A DNA stretch of 28,524 bases, from the NCBI GenBank assembly GCA_046758505.1, contig JBHIAH010000027.1, positions 1-28,524 of the forward strand. Reading direction: 5' to 3'. The notes under the pieces were generated by a model. That model searched no databases and was not told the DNA's origin. It saw only the letters and a program-made list of their open reading frames with translations. Positions 25,503-28,524 of this stretch are shown piece after piece. A program made the position numbers and the translations under genes. Within the stretch, counting starts at the first letter, position 1. Every line of letters begins with the position of its first letter. Source of the DNA: Candidatus Methylomirabilales bacterium. Its GTDB lineage: Bacteria; Methylomirabilota; Methylomirabilia; Methylomirabilales; CSP1-5.

Positions 25503-27566
25503 ATGGGTTGGCGGCGGAAGGGGTACGTCCGCATCGCGTGGGGTCTGGCCCTCGGCGCTCTCGTGGGGGTCGTGTACCTGTTTGGCCTCTTCGATGCCCC
25601 CGAGCTGAAAGCCCTGGACACGCGATTCCTCCTCCGGGGACCGCAGGCACCCCGCTCACCCATCGTCATCGTTGCGATTGATGAGGGGTCCTTCGACGAG
25701 CTTCATCTCCAGTGGCCGTGGCCCCGATCGCTTCATGCCTCTCTCGTCGATACGCTGCGCACGGGGGGGCCCAGGGCCATCGGCCTGAATATCCTCTTCG
25801 TCGAGCCAAGCCGGCTGGGTCCGCGGGATGATCAGGCGTTAGCGGACGCCATCGCGAGGGCCGGGGACGTGGTCCTGGCCGCTTTTTTTAGCCAGCTCGA
25901 GAGTCCCCTCTATGTCAAGGAACATCTGAACCCCCCTCTTCCGCTGATCCGGGAACACGCGAGCGGATTCGGATTCGTCAATTTGCACATGGATTTTGAC
26001 GGCTTTGTCCGGCGGGCGCCCCTTGGCCGGGAGCACCAAGGCGTCCGCCGGCCGAGCTTCGCCTATCGCCTCCACGAGGTCATCGCTGGTGTGGAGGATG
26101 CCGCTCCGCCCCCCGGGCCCATCCTGATCAACTTTCGTGGGCCGCCCGGCACGTTTCCCACCATCCCGTACTATCAGGTTCTCCGGGGCGAGGTGCCGCC
26201 GGAGGCCTTCAGCGGCAAGATCGTGCTCATCGGTGCGACCGCCCCGAGCTTGCAGGATCTCTTCCCCACTCCATTCGCCGCTGAGCAGCGCATGTCCGGC
26301 GTAGAGATCCAGGCGAACCTGCTCGAGACCCTCCTGCGAAACAACCCCGTGTCCCATCCCCCCCGCTTCTTCCACCTGCTCTTGGTGATCGTGTCCGCGG
26401 TGGCGGCGGCCTTCATCGGCTTCCGGTTCCGGCCGCTCAAGGCCTTTGGCCTGGTGGCCGGCGTGGTCCTGGCGTATGGGGTTGTGTGTGTGGGCGCGTT
26501 TGTACTCTGGAACCTGTGGTTGGAGATCGTCCCGACGTCGGCGGCCCTCGTCGCGGGCTACGGGGTGGTGGTCCTCCGGAATTACATCCAGGAGGAGCGC
26601 GAAAAGCGGAGGCTCTCCCGCTACTTCTCGCCTGCCATCCTGGAGGAAATCGTGCACCATCCGGACAGGCTGAGCCTCGGCAGCTCGCGTCGGCGGGTGA
26701 CCGTCCTCTTCTGCGACATCAGGGGGTTCGCCTCGATCTCGGAGCGCCTGCCGCCCGAGGAGGTCGTGGGCCTGCTCCAGGATTACCTGACCGCCATGAC
26801 CGAGGTCGTCTTCAAGCATGGCGGCACGGTGGACAAGTTCATCGGCGATTCGATCATGGCCTTGTACGGGGCACCGGTCCAGTACGAGGACCATGCCGCG
26901 CGGGCCGTGAAGACCGCCATCGAGATGCAGGAGCGGACGGCGGCGCTTGCCTCCAGCTGGGTTGCCCGGTGCGGGGAGCCCCTTCGGATCGGCGTGGGCA
27001 TCAACACTGGGGAAGCCGTGGTGGGAACCATGGGGTCGGCCCAGCGCCTGGAGTTCACCGCCATCGGGGACGCGGTGAACCTGGCCTCCCGCTTGGAGGG
27101 GCTGGCAAGGGATTTCAAAGTTGCCGTCGTCATTAGTCACGAGACGCAGAAGGAGATCGGAGGGCTCTTCCCCCTCCAGCCCCTGGGCGAGCTCAAGGTG
27201 AAGGGGCGAGAGGCCCCGGTAGAGGTCTATGCCCTGGACAGTGCGGTGCGGCGAGCGGATCCCCGGGTTCACATGGAAGTTCCGGTCACTGTGAGCCTGG
27301 ATAAAGAATTCGCGATCTTTGCCTCGATGAAGGACCTGAGCAAAGGCGGGGCCGCCGTCCGCACCCCGAGCCCCTTTCCCGTGAGGCAGGAGGTGTCTAT
27401 CCGCTTCAGGCTCCCCGACAACCGGATTACCTTTTCGGTCCGGGGCCGGGTGGTCTGGAGCCGTGGGGAGGAGGCAGGCGTCGAATTCCTCAACCTTACG
27501 GCTGACGAGGTCCGGATCCTCGAAGAAGTCGTAAAACGGTGGGGATCGGGGGATGTCCGGAAGTGA
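25503..27566 (+). CDS. CHASE2 - 3TM - class III adenylate cyclase - PilZ fusion
   Basis: IVIVAIDE..WPWPR, DFDGFVRR, GKIVLIG, MSGVEIQAN (CHASE2); FCDIRGF, KFIGD, EFTAIGDAVNLASRLE, VKG (cyclase); RADPR and DLSKGG (PilZ). Confidence 0.93.
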   Translation: MGWRRKGYVRIAWGLALGALVGVVYLFGLFDAPELKALDTRFLLRGPQAPRSPIVIVAIDEGSFDELHLQWPWPRSLHASLVDTLRTGGPRAIGLNILFVEPSRLGPRDDQALADAIARAGDVVLAAFFSQLESPLYVKEHLNPPLPLIREHASGFGFVNLHMDFDGFVRRAPLGREHQGVRRPSFAYRLHEVIAGVEDAAPPPGPILINFRGPPGTFPTIPYYQVLRGEVPPEAFSGKIVLIGATAPSLQDLFPTPFAAEQRMSGVEIQANLLETLLRNNPVSHPPRFFHLLLVIVSAVAAAFIGFRFRPLKAFGLVAGVVLAYGVVCVGAFVLWNLWLEIVPTSAALVAGYGVVVLRNYIQEEREKRRLSRYFSPAILEEIVHHPDRLSLGSSRRRVTVLFCDIRGFASISERLPPEEVVGLLQDYLTAMTEVVFKHGGTVDKFIGDSIMALYGAPVQYEDHAARAVKTAIEMQERTAALASSWVARCGEPLRIGVGINTGEAVVGTMGSAQRLEFTAIGDAVNLASRLEGLARDFKVAVVISHETQKEIGGLFPLQPLGELKVKGREAPVEVYALDSAVRRADPRVHMEVPVTVSLDKEFAIFASMKDLSKGGAAVRTPSPFPVRQEVSIRFRLPDNRITFSVRGRVVWSRGEEAGVEFLNLTADEVRILEEVVKRWGSGDVRK

Positions 27567-27694
27567 GGTGGGGGCACGAAAGGGTGCGGCTGAAAAGCCC
27601 GCCGTTTCGCAGAGCGAAATCCCGTGTCCCGTGGCGGAGAGGGCACACATTTGACTTGACAGCGGAGGGCAAGTCTTATAAGACGCCGTTATCT

Positions 27695-28524
27695 ATGCGA
27701 GCCGGACGAGGACGCGCCATCCAAAGGAAATGGAACCTCGCGGCAACGCAGGTTTGGCTCTGTCTCTTTGCCCTGCTCCTCCCCCTTCCTGCCTCGGCTA
27801 AGCCCGCCGCTGTCGGGGTCGTCACCGGGCTTCTGGGCCGGGTAGAGCTCACCCGACGCCCTGCCCCGGCCCCGGTCGCGCTGCAATTCAGGGATGACCT
27901 CTTCCTCCGGGACATCATCGACACCCACGAGAAATCGATGGCGCGCATGCTCTTCGGCGGCCGGAGTACCGTGACCGTCCGCGAGCTCACGCGTTTCGAA
28001 GTCCGCGCCGAGGTCCTCCCCTCCGGCGCCACCCGCACGGTCTACGACCTCGCCGATGGCAAGATCCGGGTGATCGTTGCGCCGAAGTTGATGCGGCGCG
28101 GGGATCAGGTCGAGATTCGCACCCCCAATGCCGTGGCCGGGATTCGGGGGACGGTGGTCATTGCAGAGCACAATCGCAAGACGGGGCGCAGTCGCTTCAC
28201 GGTGCTCCAGGACTGCGCCACCGTCACCCCCCGGGGCCGCATGCCGCTGAAGCTTTGTCAGGGAGCAACGGTCTCCATGACCAGCTCCCGGGTCGAATCG
28301 GTCAGGACGGTGACCACCGCCGAGGCCGCGCAGTTGCAAGCGGAGTTCGCGTGGGCGCCCCCCCACCCGCAGGAACCGAATCGTGAGCGGATTCTGGAGG
28401 CGCAGGTGAGGACCGGGCAAGCATTGATGACGGCCGTCGTGGGGACGGTGACCGGGCAGCCCACTCCTATATCGGTAAGGCCGACCGCAGCAGAAGGAGT
28501 AACCTCTGATCCTCGAACGGCGGG
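27695..28524 (+). CDS. secreted FecR-domain protein (runs off the right edge)
   Basis: Manual translation: MRAGRG...WLCLFALLLPLPASA|KPAAVGVVT...EIRTPNAVAGIRGT; open to the window end. Confidence 0.85.
   Translation, partial: MRAGRGRAIQRKWNLAATQVWLCLFALLLPLPASAKPAAVGVVTGLLGRVELTRRPAPAPVALQFRDDLFLRDIIDTHEKSMARMLFGGRSTVTVRELTRFEVRAEVLPSGATRTVYDLADGKIRVIVAPKLMRRGDQVEIRTPNAVAGIRGTVVIAEHNRKTGRSRFTVLQDCATVTPRGRMPLKLCQGATVSMTSSRVESVRTVTTAEAAQLQAEFAWAPPHPQEPNRERILEAQVRTGQALMTAVVGTVTGQPTPISVRPTAAEGVTSDPRTA

Noticed and set aside
25839..27650. 603-aa minus-strand ORF (likewise 8306-9424, 10893-11780, 12194-13405, 20482-21432, 27689-28420)
   Set aside because: Antisense shadows of well-supported genes in GC-rich DNA; no motifs of their own

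Overview
GC-rich bacterial chromosomal window from a diderm (lpxD, several lipoproteins). The gene style tentatively suggests Candidatus Methylomirabilota (NC10/Rokubacteria); this is inference only. Left to right: 5' end of a PilX-like pilin gene with a sigma-54 promoter, FmdB-type zinc-ribbon and RDD genes, a solitary archaeal-looking purM, tRNA-Phe(GAA), and a pilV/pilW/pilX-like minor-pilin operon ending in an Ig-like + monoheme cytochrome c gene. Then orphan secreted/lipoprotein genes, a stand-alone lpxD, a type III PKS/methyltransferase/FAD-oxidoreductase cassette (oxidoreductase frameshifted), hicB-hicA and tRNA-Thr(CGT). The tRNA is followed by a ~1.6 kb integrase-less island bounded by a 90-bp imperfect direct repeat, with arm-type sites. 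The right part holds a large TM-4xPAS-2xGAF histidine kinase, a receiver protein with a decayed receiver remnant just upstream, a tiny HExxH lipoprotein, a structured leader, a GAF protein, a CHASE2-adenylate cyclase-PilZ fusion and the start of a FecR-domain gene. At least five sigma-54 promoter motifs sit in front of pilin, signalling and small orphan genes. No CRISPR array, rRNA, transposase or integrase was seen. All calls come from reading motifs by eye; no database searches were run.
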